Below the pieces are notes generated by a model. That model was not told where the DNA came from. It worked only from the letters and a program-made list of their open reading frames with translations, and ran no database searches. A stretch of DNA of 63,257 nucleotides, the filler included, from Octopus bimaculoides (taxonomy: Eukaryota): the NCBI RefSeq assembly GCF_001194135.2. It is 11 parts of 9 records of this genome, joined end to end, with 100 filler letters (N's around TTAATTAATTAA, not from the genome) between each part and the next. Parts side by side here need not be neighbours in the genome. Positions count along the whole stretch, not along the records: positions 49,954 to 56,287 come from NC_069006.1; positions 56,388 to 60,289 come from NC_068987.1; positions 60,390 to 63,257 come from NC_069000.1; 8 more parts are not named here. One strand, given 5' to 3'. The position numbers and the translations under genes were made by a program. Numbering within the stretch: the first letter of the stretch is position 1; the number at the start of each line of letters is the position of its first letter. Positions 51,420 to 63,257 of the stretch are shown piece after piece.

Positions 51420-52881
51420 TTATATATATATATATATATATATATAACAAATAATAAATGAGTATATGCATATATACGTACAAGTATGTGCATACCTACA
51501 TCTACCTGTGTATATAGGTGCATATCTGGGTACAGGACATTGCAAACAAAATGTAGACAAAAAAAATAATAATAACCAGAGTACAGAACACACACAGGCC
51601 ACATAGAGAACATTTTCCTTCATCAGCTGCCACCATTCTAACACAGGCGTTTCGAAGAGTTGTTGGTCGGTGGGTGGGTGCTGGGAGTGCTAGCAGCAAT
51701 GTATCTTTCTTCTAAGGAGTTCCTCTCTTAACGTGGTGTGTGTTCCTGATCACACTTTTAAACATGTATTGTTGATATTTTGAAAAAAGACAAAAAGTTA
51801 AAAGATAAAAAAAAAACAAAAATAAGACAAAAAAAGACACAAACAAACATAGGTGCCGGTGTAGCTGAGTAGCAAGAAGCTTGCTCCCCAACCACACGGT
51901 TCCAAGTTCAGTCTCACTGTGTGACACCTTGGTCTTCTGCTATAGCCTTGGGTTAACCAAAGCCTTGTGAATGGATTTGCTAGATGGAAACAGAAAGAAG
52001 CCTGTCATATATATGTATGTATATGTGTGTGTGTGTGTGTGCATGCATTTGTGTGTGTGTGTATGCATTTGTGTATCTGTGTTTGTCTCCCTGCCCCAAC
52101 ACCACTTGACAACCGCTGTTGGTGTGTTTACATCCCCGTAAATTAGCGGTTTGGCGAAAGAGACCAAAAGAATAAGTACCAGGCTTACTAAAGAATAAGT
52201 CCTAGGGTCGATGTGTCCGACTATAAGGTGGTGCTCCAGCATAGCCGCAGTCAAATGACTGAAACAAGTGAAAGAGTAAAAGAGAAAAAAATAATAAAAT
52301 AAAGGTTTAAGTTAATTAGCGTTATTGCTGCAGAAAATGGTCTACGTCTGTGATGGCGAGTCAGGAGGTGGAGCTCTGGGAATGTGGCCTTAAAACCAAA
52401 GGATGGTGGGGCGGCAGTCTGAAAAAGGTTTGGAACCAGCGATATAGGTCACTGCCTGTGAGTTATGTGTTCTTTCCACTGTGTTTCCGTCCATGACTCA
52501 CCTGCAATATAACAATCAATTTCCAGTGTCAAAAGCCTATTTCAGTCGGTGACTAAATCAATGAGCCATGTGAAATGATGCACAATGATATGTCATGCAA
52601 CACTGCTTATTCTTTTATCATCTATCTTCAATCTTTTGTCTTTTGTCTTGTTTTAGTCATTGTACAGTGACTGTGCTGGGAAGTACCCTCCCTCCCCCAA
52701 CACACACACACACCAAAGGGATGTAGTGAGACAGACCCACTCCTTGTGTTTTTAAGCCTGTATGTATTTTTATTATTACATTGATCATCTTTTGCTGAAC
52801 TGCTATGTCACAAGGATGTAAATGGAACAACACTGGCTGCCAAGCAGTGATGAAAGACAAACACAAACACACACACACTCC

Positions 52882-52917
<36 letters not shown>

Positions 52918-53357
52918 AACAAATGCACACACACATATGCATTCATACACACATACGTATACGCACAAACACACACACAGACATACATACATACACAGAC
53001 ATACACACACATACATATATGCACAAACACACACACAGACATACATACATACACAGACATACACACATGTGCACATGCATACAAACACATACATACACGC
53101 ACATGCACATACACAGATACACATACATACAAACATACATACATACATACATATACATACACACACACATATATGCACAGACACACATACATACATACAT
53201 ACATACACACAGACATACACACAGACATACACACATATACAAACACATATACATACCAACTGTATCAGTCTCCTTTGCTGAACTACAAAGTTACAGGGAC
53301 ACAAACAAACCAACACCAATTGTTAACTGCTGGTAGTTGGGGACAAACACAAACACA

Positions 53358-53405
<48 letters not shown>

Positions 53406-54713
53406 CGACAGGCTTTCTTCAGTTTCCATCTACTGAATCCACTCACAAGGCTTTGCTCAGCCCAAGGCTATAGTAGAAGACACTTGCCCAAGGTACCACA
53501 CAGTGGCACTGAACCTAGAACCATGTGGTTGAGAAGCAAGCTTCTTACCACACAGCCACACCTGCGCCTATATATTTTTCTGAATGTAAAATATTTACCA
53601 GCTGAGAAAAGGGTGCGTCTATTAATTAATCATAAATTATTTATTAGTTATTAATTAATGAACTGATCACCAAGTGCAGATTGTGACTGAAATCAATGTC
53701 CAGCGTATATATTTTTTCCTACTGTTTCAGGTAGTGTTCAGGTCTCTTTGACTTCACTAAATATAATATTCTTTTCTACTCTAGGCACAAGGCCTGAAAT
53801 TTTGGGGGAGTTGGGGTGCAGTCGATTAGATTGACCCAAGTATGCAACTGGTACTTAATTTATCGACCCTGAAAGGATGAAAGGATGAAAGGCAAAGTCG
53901 ACCTCAGCGGAATTTGAACTCAGAACGTATATTNNNNNNNNNNNNNNNNNNNNNTGCAGTCGATTAGATTGACCCAAGTATGCAACTGGTACTTAATTTA
54001 TCGACCCTGAAAGGATGAAAGGATGAAAGGCAAAGTCGACCTCAGCGGAATTTGAACTCAGAACGTATATTCGTTTCTACTCTCAGCACAAGGCTCAAAA
54101 TTTTGGGGAAGATGGGTAATCGATTAGATTGACCCAAGTATGCAACTGATACTTAATTTATCAAACCCGATGTCCCTTGCTTTGGTGTGTTGGCTATTGT
54201 TTCTTGCTCCCTGATTTCATCAGCTTGTTAACTTTCAGTGCTATTGTGGCTTATCGAGTCACTTTTGACCTTCATTTCTAGCAATGCTGGTACTATCTAA
54301 TACCCTTGTTTATAAATTTGCCTTTTGGTATTTTTGCTTACTAACCACCTATATTATTACTATCTATTAATAATAATATCATTATTCATAATTATATATA
54401 TATATGTGTGTGTATGTATATATATATATATATATNNNNNNNNNNNNNNNNNNNNNNNNNNNNNNNNNNNNNNNNNNNNNNNNNNNNNNNNNNNNNNNNN
54501 NNNNNNNNNNNNNNNNNNNNNNNNNNNNNNNNNNNNNNNNNNNNNNNNNNNNNNNNNNNNNNNNNNNNNNNNNNNNNNNNNNNNNNNNNNNNNNNNNNNN
54601 NNNNNNNNNNNNNNNNNNNNNNNNNNNNNNNNNNNNNNNNNNNNNNNNNNNNNNNNNNNNNNNNNNNNNNNNNNNNNNNNNNNNNNNNNNNNNNNNNNNN
54701 NNNNNNNNNNNNN

Positions 54714-54759
<46 letters not shown>

Positions 54760-54763
54760 AATA

Positions 54764-55480
54764 CTAGCTGAGGTACCCAGTAATACCTGGGAGCAGGGAT
54801 ATTCCCAATACCCATTACAATGCCTAATTTCTCTCAAATGAAAAATGAAATCAAGAGAGGACAGATACTAGGTGTAATCAAATTCATTCACAAAACAATA
54901 ATACAAATAAATACATGTGGGATCGGAAAATGACAATTGTTTGGTCAGATGAGCGGAAAGCTGCAAATATATTCTCAATGGAAACATCATGAAAGGAATT
55001 ATAAAGAACTGCCATGAGAAAAATAACTTAAAAGTTTGAAAAGCAAACTAAAAATTAATTAGAGAAAAGGCACTTAATTTTACAACTGTGTTTCATGGGT
55101 ATAGTTCCACTGATCATGAAAATCAAATAATCACAACAGTTAGAACTGACAATTTTAAGTGCAGGTGTTAAAAAAATACATGTTACATGTTTTAGCACAC
55201 AAATCTGCACCATATAGAATCGATAATTTTAAGTGCAGGTGTTAAGAAAATACATGTTACATGAACCTGAGAATGCTGAAATAATTGATGAACATTTTAA
55301 CCTCAAAACAATTTAGGCCAAATTTCGTTAATCAAAAATCATCTTTCGTTTTGCTTGAGTGGCCTAGGTTAAAATTTATTTTGTCTCAACCCATCCTTAG
55401 CACATATTCCATCTGTGTATAAAATTTCAAGAAAATTGGTTGAAAACTTTAAAAGTTATGGCAGAAAATAACATTCATAT
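54764..55480 (-). mobile_element. Probable non-autonomous Helitron
   Basis: 3' end CCCAGGTATTACTGGG hairpin + TACCTCAGCTAG|T. Internal ~40-bp duplication at 55150/55225. 5' limit uncertain. Confidence 0.55.
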
Positions 55481-55571
55481 GAGAATTTGCATTGAAATGG
55501 CCTATTGATTGGTTGGGTAACTATGTATTTCCTTTGCAGTAATGCTCCTGCTTCTGTCTTCATTCCTAATA

Positions 55572-55604
<33 letters not shown>

Positions 55605-56629
55605 AGCCAGGTAACCTTGTACTTTCTCTACAGCAAGACACCTGTTTGTGTCTCTATGTCTCACTATAACCTTTCATCATCCAACACAAGACCACTACCT
55701 TCGATGTCTGCACCCCTATTGAAAGTATTTTCATGTTTTCTTCCTTTTTTTTGTCTTGCAAGTACTTGGTGACCCTATCAGTGCAGGTGCCACTTAAAAG
55801 CATCCAGTCCACATTGTAAAGTGGTTGGTGTTTGGAATGGCATCCAGCTGTAAAACCCATGCCAAAACTGACCTTGCCTATGCTAGTGACATGTAAAAAA
55901 CACTAAGTCCATTCTGCTGAGTGGTTGGTGTTATGAAGGGCATCCAGCTGTAAACATCTTGCCAAAACAGTTACAGAAGACTTGTGAAACCATCCCAGCC
56001 ATGCTAACATGGAAGCCAGACGTTAAACAACAATGATTATGATATCATCATCATCATCATCATCATCATCGTTTAACGTCCGCTTTCCAAGCTAGCATGG
56101 GTTGGACGATTTGACTGAGGACTGGTGAAACTGGATGGCAACACCAGGCTCCAATCTAATCTGGCAGAGTTTCTACAGCTGGATGCCCTTCCTAACGCCA
56201 ACCACTCAGAGAGTGTAGTGGGTGCTTTTACGTGTCACCCGCACGAAAACGGCCACGTTCGAAATGGTGTCTTTTATGTGCCACCCGNNNNNNNNNNNNN
56301 NNNNNNNNNNNNNNNNNNNNNNNNNNNNNNNTTAATTAATTAANNNNNNNNNNNNNNNNNNNNNNNNNNNNNNNNNNNNNNNNNNNNTGTCTGTCCTTGT
56401 TTGTCCCCTATGTGTATAACCCCTTGTGGGCAGTAAAGAAATAGGTATTTCGTCTGCCGCTACGTTTTGAGTTCAAATTCCGACGAGGTTGACTTTACCT
56501 TTCATCCTTTCGGGGTCGATAAATTAAGTACCAGTTGCGTACTGGGGTCGATCTAATTGACTAATCCGCCTCCCCCAAAATTTGGGGCCTTGTGCCTAGA
56601 GTAGAAAAGAATATATGTAAATTTATATC

Positions 56630-57012
56630 ACGAACTCCTCGGTATATTACGGATTTCTGCGACCGACAGGTATTTATGGTTTTAAAATTTTTAACTATTT
56701 CTGTAGTAAAATAAGCATTTTCACGCCTAAAAATTGATAAATTCATAAATAAAAATACAGTAGAGTACTGCACTGTACAACACATTAATTAAAATCTATT
56801 AAAAGAAAATACGTTGTGTGCTGTAGATGAGTAAACAAATAATCACACGTACTGTACGGAAAACGGAACTCGGGAGGCGAGTGTGTGGTGGTGTTGTGCA
56901 TTTATAATAAAATAAATACATACAGTACTGCATTGTTTCCACTTCGCGGATTTTCATCTATCACGGGGGTGGGGTTTGCAATGTAACACCCGCGACAGTC
57001 GAGGGATTACTG
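56630..57012 (+). mobile_element. pogo/Tigger-like MITE
   Basis: 3' terminus CCCGCGACAGTCGAGGGATTACTG + TA and subterminal TTCGCGGATTTTCA motif. 5' TIR decayed. Confidence 0.55.
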
Positions 57013-57813
57013 TATTTGAAAATGATCAGTCTCGAAAGTAACTGTAAAAAAATAAACGCGGTCCAACTGTTAACTGATAAACAATTTAGACTTTTTTGTT
57101 AAGTGTCTATCGTTTGTACCTCCATATAAAGTCGAAACCAATCTCCTTTCAAATCTGTTCTTTATTTTTTTCATTCTTTCTGCAGTTCTTCGAAAATGTT
57201 CGTCATTTCCTCGTAGATTACACAAAGCATTGTGAACTTGATTACTCCTCAGGAGGAAATGGCAGGCTCCTGTTCCAGCGTTCTTTTTGCGTTTGTTAGT
57301 TATCTTAAGAGATTTTTCTCTCCATCACCTCTCCTCAGTAGATTTTATATCCTTGTTAGTTTTCCTGATCCTCCGAAAGGCGATCGCGTGGCCCTGTTTG
57401 CAGGACGTACAAGGATGTACATAGTTATATCAAGTTGAGCGGGAAAACAAATTGTTATAATACCTATATATTTTTATCTTTTGCTTATTTCAGTCATTTA
57501 AATGTGGCCACGCTGGGGCACAGCCTTAAATGGCTTAGTCGAACAAATCGACCCCAGAACATACATTTTTTAACGCCTGGTACTTATTTTACTGATCCCT
57601 TTTTGCTGAATCACTAAGTTGGGGGAATAAACAAACACCGGTTGTCAAGCGGTGATCACCCACACACACACATACACACATAGAACCTCCCCCAACACGC
57701 TTATATATGATGGGTTTCTTTCAGTTTCCGTCTACCGATTCCACACAAAAGGCTTTTGTCCTCTCAGAACTCTCTCCCTCTCTCTACACACACACAAACG
57801 CACACACACACAA

Positions 57814-57872
<59 letters not shown>

Positions 57873-57926
57873 TGAGTAGACAGACGAAAGAAGGACACTC
57901 AACACATTTATTGGGAGTTATATGTA

Positions 57927-58058
57927 TGGATCAAAATAGTTTGATTCAAACTCTTAGGTACTTTGAGCTTCAAGCGTGACGCTAATCTTCGGCCGAAGAC
58001 TAGCGACACGCGTGAAACTCAGAGTACCAAGGGGTTTGAATCAAACTGTTTTGATCCA
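57927..58058. repeat. Loopless imperfect palindrome (~66-bp arms)
   Basis: Centre CTTCGG|CCGAAG; arms ~85% complementary; TA-rich flanks. Confidence 0.9.
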
Positions 58059-58062
58059 CATG

Positions 58063-58103
<41 letters not shown>

Positions 58104-58882
58104 TAATTGCTAGCTAGGACATCGTATTCCGTTTCGTAAGCATAATATACTACCAAGTATATTCAAAGTTTACAAATAAACACTGTGTGACTATTTTTGT
58201 GTTAGCAGTGCGATATTCTCTTTCTAAAGTTTATTTCTATAGATTTACCTTCGGATTCACAGTCACCACGGAACGGCGTGGCTTGCAGTGCTGGATCAGA
58301 ATTCTACTCCCTTCCGAGTGGATCTTTGGTCGTCAGCTGATAGAATATGGACAAAAAAATGTATTTTGGTCATCCTCAGTGCTGCAAATGGCAGTGTGAC
58401 TGTTGTTGCTTTGAAACAGTAACTTCTGTGCCCTACAAATGTTGTTACTGGTTCTGTTACCGCTACTGTCTACTGCTCTCTCTCTCCTCTTTTTCTGGAC
58501 GGAGAGTGTAGGTGTTGTGTTTAACAGCATTGTGGAAATTGTTCAGAATTACATTTTAAACATTGAGATATTGTTTTTTTCCTGTGCAATACGTCGGTCT
58601 TATTGTAAAAATAAATTCGTTCGCTTTTTTTTTTTATACCTTTTCTGTTTCTTCGAGAGATTATATTGATTTTTTCGCATTCTTAAGTAGGCATTTTTTT
58701 TATTTCTTGAATGTAAACACGCACAGAACCATATAATCATGTCCGAAATACGTGAGACATTATGTCTCTCTCGATACAGTGTTAGGGGCGGGGATGTAAA
58801 ACATAATTCCACGAGGTTCTTTGTTTGGAAGTTAGATAAAACATGCATAACTCAGACAGAGGTGAAGAATCATCCACTCAAG

Positions 58883-58925
<43 letters not shown>

Positions 58926-59503
58926 CCTTTCTACTATAGGCACAAAGTCTGAAATTTGGGGAAGGGGATAGTCGATTACATCGAACCCAGTGCGTAACAG
59001 GTACTTAATTTATCGACCCCGAAAGGATAAAGGGCAAAGTCGACTTTGGCGGAATTTGAACTCAGAATGTAGCGGCAGATGAAATACAGTTAAGCATTTC
59101 GCCCGGCGTGTTAACGATTCTGCCAGTTCACCGCTTTTATGATATTAATGATAATTATAATCCTTTCTTCTGGAGGCACATGCCTGCAAATTTGTGAAGA
59201 GGGGACTAGCCGATTACATTGTCCTCAGTGTTTCATTTGTACTTAATTTATCGTCCTTAATCTTTTCTACTCTAGGCACAAGGCCCGAAATTTTTAGGGA
59301 GGCGGTCAGTTGATTAGATCGACCGCAGTATGCTACTGGTACTTAATTTATCGACCCCGAAAGGATAAAGGGCAAAGCTGACCTCGGCGGAATTTGAACT
59401 CAGAACGTAGCAATGGGCGAAATATCGCGAAGCATTTCATCCAGCACGCTAACAATTCTACCAGCTCGCCGCCTTAATAATGATAATAATAATGATAATA
59501 ATA

Positions 59504-59925
59504 CACTCAGTGAGCAAGAGATACGAACGCCATGGCAGATACATGGATGCAGAGGAGTGATCTGATGATAGAGATAGAAGCACTTATATGCGCGGCACAA
59601 GAACAAACGCTAAGGACGAACTACGTGAAGTGCAGAATTGACAACACAAATGTGAGCGACAAATGCAGGATGTGTGGTGAGAGGGAAGAAACGGTGTGGC
59701 ACATTGTTATTGAATGCTTGAAATTGGCAGAACGCAAATACAAAAGACGACATGATAATGTGGCAACAATGATCCATTGGGAGCTCTGTGGAAATTATGG
59801 CCTACAAAGAGCAAAGACGTGGTATGACCAAATCCTAGAAAGAGTTACCGAGAATGAAAACTGCAAAATCCCGTGGAATGCAATGATTCAGTGCGACCAT
59901 CAGGTCACTCAATGACTAAGACCTG
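59504..59925 (+). mobile_element. R4/Dong-like non-LTR fragment with CCHC finger
   Basis: EALICAAQEQTLRTNY..DKCRMCGEREETVWHIVIEC..YKRRHDNVATMIHWELC; same family as 110-880. Confidence 0.85.
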
Positions 59926-60090
59926 ATACTTTGCTATTTTCTCCATACCATTTATATTAACTTTCTCTTCAGTTGGAACTGCAAGTCTAATTACCTAGCG
60001 TTCTCTATTCTCTTTGTCTACTACTATAGCCTAATGCCGACCAAAGCCTTGTGAATGAGTTTGGTAGACGGAAACTGAAGGAAGCCCGTC

Positions 60091-60131
<41 letters not shown>

Positions 60132-60389
60132 TTCAAGGCTTGAATATGGTACTTATGCGAAGGCACCCGAATATCACATCCCAAAAAGGATGGGTCATTA
60201 AAATCAAATAATAAGCAACACGGATTTCAAAAGTGATTGCAGTACGCACGTTTCATGCTACTTCAATTTATTTAAGTAATGTGAGCATTNNNNNNNNNNN
60301 NNNNNNNNNNNNNNNNNNNNNNNNNNNNNNNNNTTAATTAATTAANNNNNNNNNNNNNNNNNNNNNNNNNNNNNNNNNNNNNNNNNNNN

Positions 60390-60424
<35 letters not shown>

Positions 60425-60572
60425 TTACATATTATTAAATATCAGGATATTATATATATGTGTGTTTTTGTGCGAGGGAATAAATAAAATTCCAAATTAA
60501 AAGGGTGTCACCTTTTCTTATTATTTTCGTTTTTTTTTGTTGCTTTTTTTTTTGTATACAATAAACAAACAC

Positions 60573-60630
60573 CAGGTACTTTTTCACAAGTCTGGTACTT
60601 TTTCACAAGTCAGGTACTTTTTCACAATAT
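60573..60630 (+). repeat. 19-bp tandem repeat x3 (CAGGTACTTTTTCACAAGT)
   Basis: Direct reading. Confidence 0.9.
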
Positions 60631-61876
60631 AGGGACGTAGATGTTGCAGACCGTGGGTTTCTCATTGGCAACAAGTGTGAAATATATATATTTACACGTC
60701 TGTATGTTATTGGTAAAACGCTGCTGTTATACAAATACACAAATATATATCATGTACAATCCGTTGTTATTTCTCTGCCGTTTTTTCTTCTGTCTTTTCA
60801 TATTGAAGTATAAATCTCCGGTCTTTTAATTCTTGATGATTCCACAAATAGCAAGAATGATACATAAAATACCTTTCGGAAATTCGTTTATTATGGTGTT
60901 TTTTTTTTTTTGTGGTTTGTCTTTTTTTTACATCTTTCTTTTAATTTTTAATATCTATCTGTTTTAACTTCTAGCAACAAGAGGTTCCGTATCCAAAGGC
61001 TTAATTAATGTACGTTGTATGTGTGTATGCATATATGTTTATATGTGTGAATATGTGTGAAAATATGAGTGTGTGTATGTGTGTGCTTATCGTGAATTAA
61101 ATACACATTTATATATATATATGTATATATATATATTAACTTCTATAATATAATGTGTGTGTGTGAAAGTAGTGTATTTAGATACATTTCATAGTATATT
61201 GCTGGCGTATATGGATGTATGTAAGTATGTGTTTACGTTTGTTGTTTGTGTGTGTACATGTGTATGTATATGTGTGCATCTATGTGTATGGCTGTGTGTG
61301 TGTGTGTGTGTGTGAAAGTATCGAATATTTTTCAAGCACCCACAATGCCTCCTAAAACGATCGAGTGGGTGTGAATGGCGTTGCTATATAGTCCTCATCG
61401 ATAGTGTTTTTGTGTGTATGTATGTATGTGTGCCTGTGTGCATATATGTGTAACTCTGTGTGTGTGTGTGTGTGAAGAGGTGCATACATGCATATACATA
61501 CACACATGTATGTGTGTGTGTGTGTATTTTGCATATATATAGTAGTGTTCTATATGGCTTGCCTCATTACAGTACAGACTTAGGCAAACAAGGCTTCCCT
61601 CAACTGACAAACAGAGAGAAAAGCTCACTGATTCGATATACACATTCTACAAAGGCCTCTTTCTACTTCCATATATGGTATGAATAAGGAACCGCCTTCT
61701 TTCAACAAAAATGGACCAATCAAGAAGCTAAGTACTCTGAACGAGCTATACGAAGAGTATATAAATAAGAGTGGAAGGAGAATAGCACAGAATAGACGTT
61801 AAGATTTTCCCCCCATCAAAGTTAAACTCTATCATGTGTGTGTGTGAGCGTGTGTGTATTATGTATATATGTATTA

Positions 61877-61921
<45 letters not shown>

Positions 61922-61953
61922 CGGTCATTTTTCACAGGAATTTTCAATGGCCG

Positions 61954-62014
61954 GATAACTGAAGAGATGGCGGCGTGGGTTTTCTACCCGGCATCCGAAA
62001 CTCGGAGTATTATC
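61954..62014 (+). ncRNA. Type-I hammerhead ribozyme motif in a Penelope-like terminal repeat
   Basis: Stem I GATAA/TTATC, core CTGAAGA, stem II GATG..CATC (one extra C) with inner GGGT/ACCC, GAAA, stem III ACT-CGG-AGT, cleavage triplet GUA (after 62009). Confidence 0.7.
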
Positions 62015-62266
62015 ATTGCTACCGAATAAGTGTCATATATTTTTACAGATAAATTCCTCTATTTACGTAATATCGAGGTCTCTTTCTTTCTTTTGTTGTC
62101 GTTTCTGTCAATATATATATTGCTTTGTTTCTCTGGAGACTGTCACAATGATGTGGACACCTCTAATAAGAAACTATTAAGGTTCGAGAATTGATTAAGG
62201 TTGTTCATTTTTTGTAGTCCGCGGAGAAATGGGTAAAATTTACCCTGGTCATAATCATACCATATG

Positions 62267-62311
<45 letters not shown>

Positions 62312-63127
62312 TAAGTATATATACAGATATATAAATATATATGTAAATATATATNNNNNNNNNNNNNNNNNNNNNNNNNNNNNNNNNNNNNNNNNNNNNN
62401 NNNNNNNNNNNNNNNNNNNNNNNNNNNNNNNNNNNNNNNNNNNNNNNNNNNNNNNNNNNNNNNNNNNNNNNNNNNNNNNNNNNNNNNNNNNNNNNNNNNN
62501 NNNNNNNNNNNNNNNNNNNNNNNNNNNNNNNNNNNNNNNNNNNNNNNNNNNNNNNNNNNNNNNNNNNNNNNNNNNNNNNNNNNNNNNNNNNNNNNNNNNN
62601 NNNNNNNNNNNNNNNNNNNNNNNNNNNNNNNNNNNNNNNNNNNNNNNNNNNNNNNNNNNNNNNNNNNNNNNNNNNNNNNNNNNNNNNNNNNNNNNNNNNN
62701 NNNNNNNNNNNNNNNNNNNNNNNNNNNNNNNNNNNNNNNNNNNNNNNNNNNNNNNNNNNNNNNNNNNNNNNNNNNNNNNNNNNNNNNNNNNNNNNNNNNN
62801 NNNNNNNNNNNNNNNNNNNNNNNNNNATATATATACATTCATATAGATATATATGCATATACATATATATACACCTACTTATTTATGTATGTATGTATGT
62901 ATGTATGTATGCCTTTAGACTGTGGCCCTACAGTTGCACTACTTTCAAGGGGTCTTAGTTGAACGAATAGCCATAAGTGATATTTGTAAAGCCTGGTGAT
63001 TACTCCATTAGATCTTTTTCTGAACCGCTATTCCAATGGTACATACACAAAAACAACACCGGTTGCCAAGCGGTGCTGGGAAACAAACACATACACAATT
63101 AAACACACCCATATGTATGTATGTATG

Positions 63128-63161
<34 letters not shown>

Positions 63162-63257
63162 TGTATCTATCTATCTATCTATCTATCTAGTAATATATTT
63201 ATATATATACATATACATACATATACATACATACATATACATACATACATATATATA

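Noticed and set aside
53816-54068. Identical ~115-bp duplication around a ~20-N gap
   Set aside because: Likely assembly echo.
58243-58340. Unique segment with splice-like signals on both strands
   Set aside because: Ambiguous strand, no recognisable product, no linked exons.

Overview
Eukaryotic, AT-rich, microsatellite-saturated scaffold with many N gaps. Ten gaps are 100-nt joins carrying an artificial TTAATTAATTAA spacer. The repeat landscape (tRNA-headed SINEs with internal TA/CA tracts, RTE, Tx1-like, RLE-type and Penelope-like retroelements, mariner, Helitrons) resembles an octopus/coleoid cephalopod genome; this is inference from recalled repeat families. Almost all ORFs in the supplied track are microsatellite or gap artefacts. 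Recognisable coding sequence is transposon-derived: an uninterrupted LINE ORF1 at 33.5-34.3 kb, Helitron helicase ends, and mariner, RTE and RLE remnants. A host gene is visible only as short minus-strand exons in the first ~10 kb; three of them splice in phase into a SEA-like domain, and the gene could not be named. The most unusual observations are: two hairpins with unrelated stems but an identical 14-nt loop in opposite orientations (42.06-42.53 kb); several long fold-back elements whose mismatches favour G-U pairs on the + strand; an inverted repeat enclosing a candidate exon; a near-complete type-I hammerhead ribozyme; a LINE whose 5' end sits in, and resembles, a SINE; and a 28S rRNA fragment fused to a mariner MITE. 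All alignments, folds and counts were done by eye.
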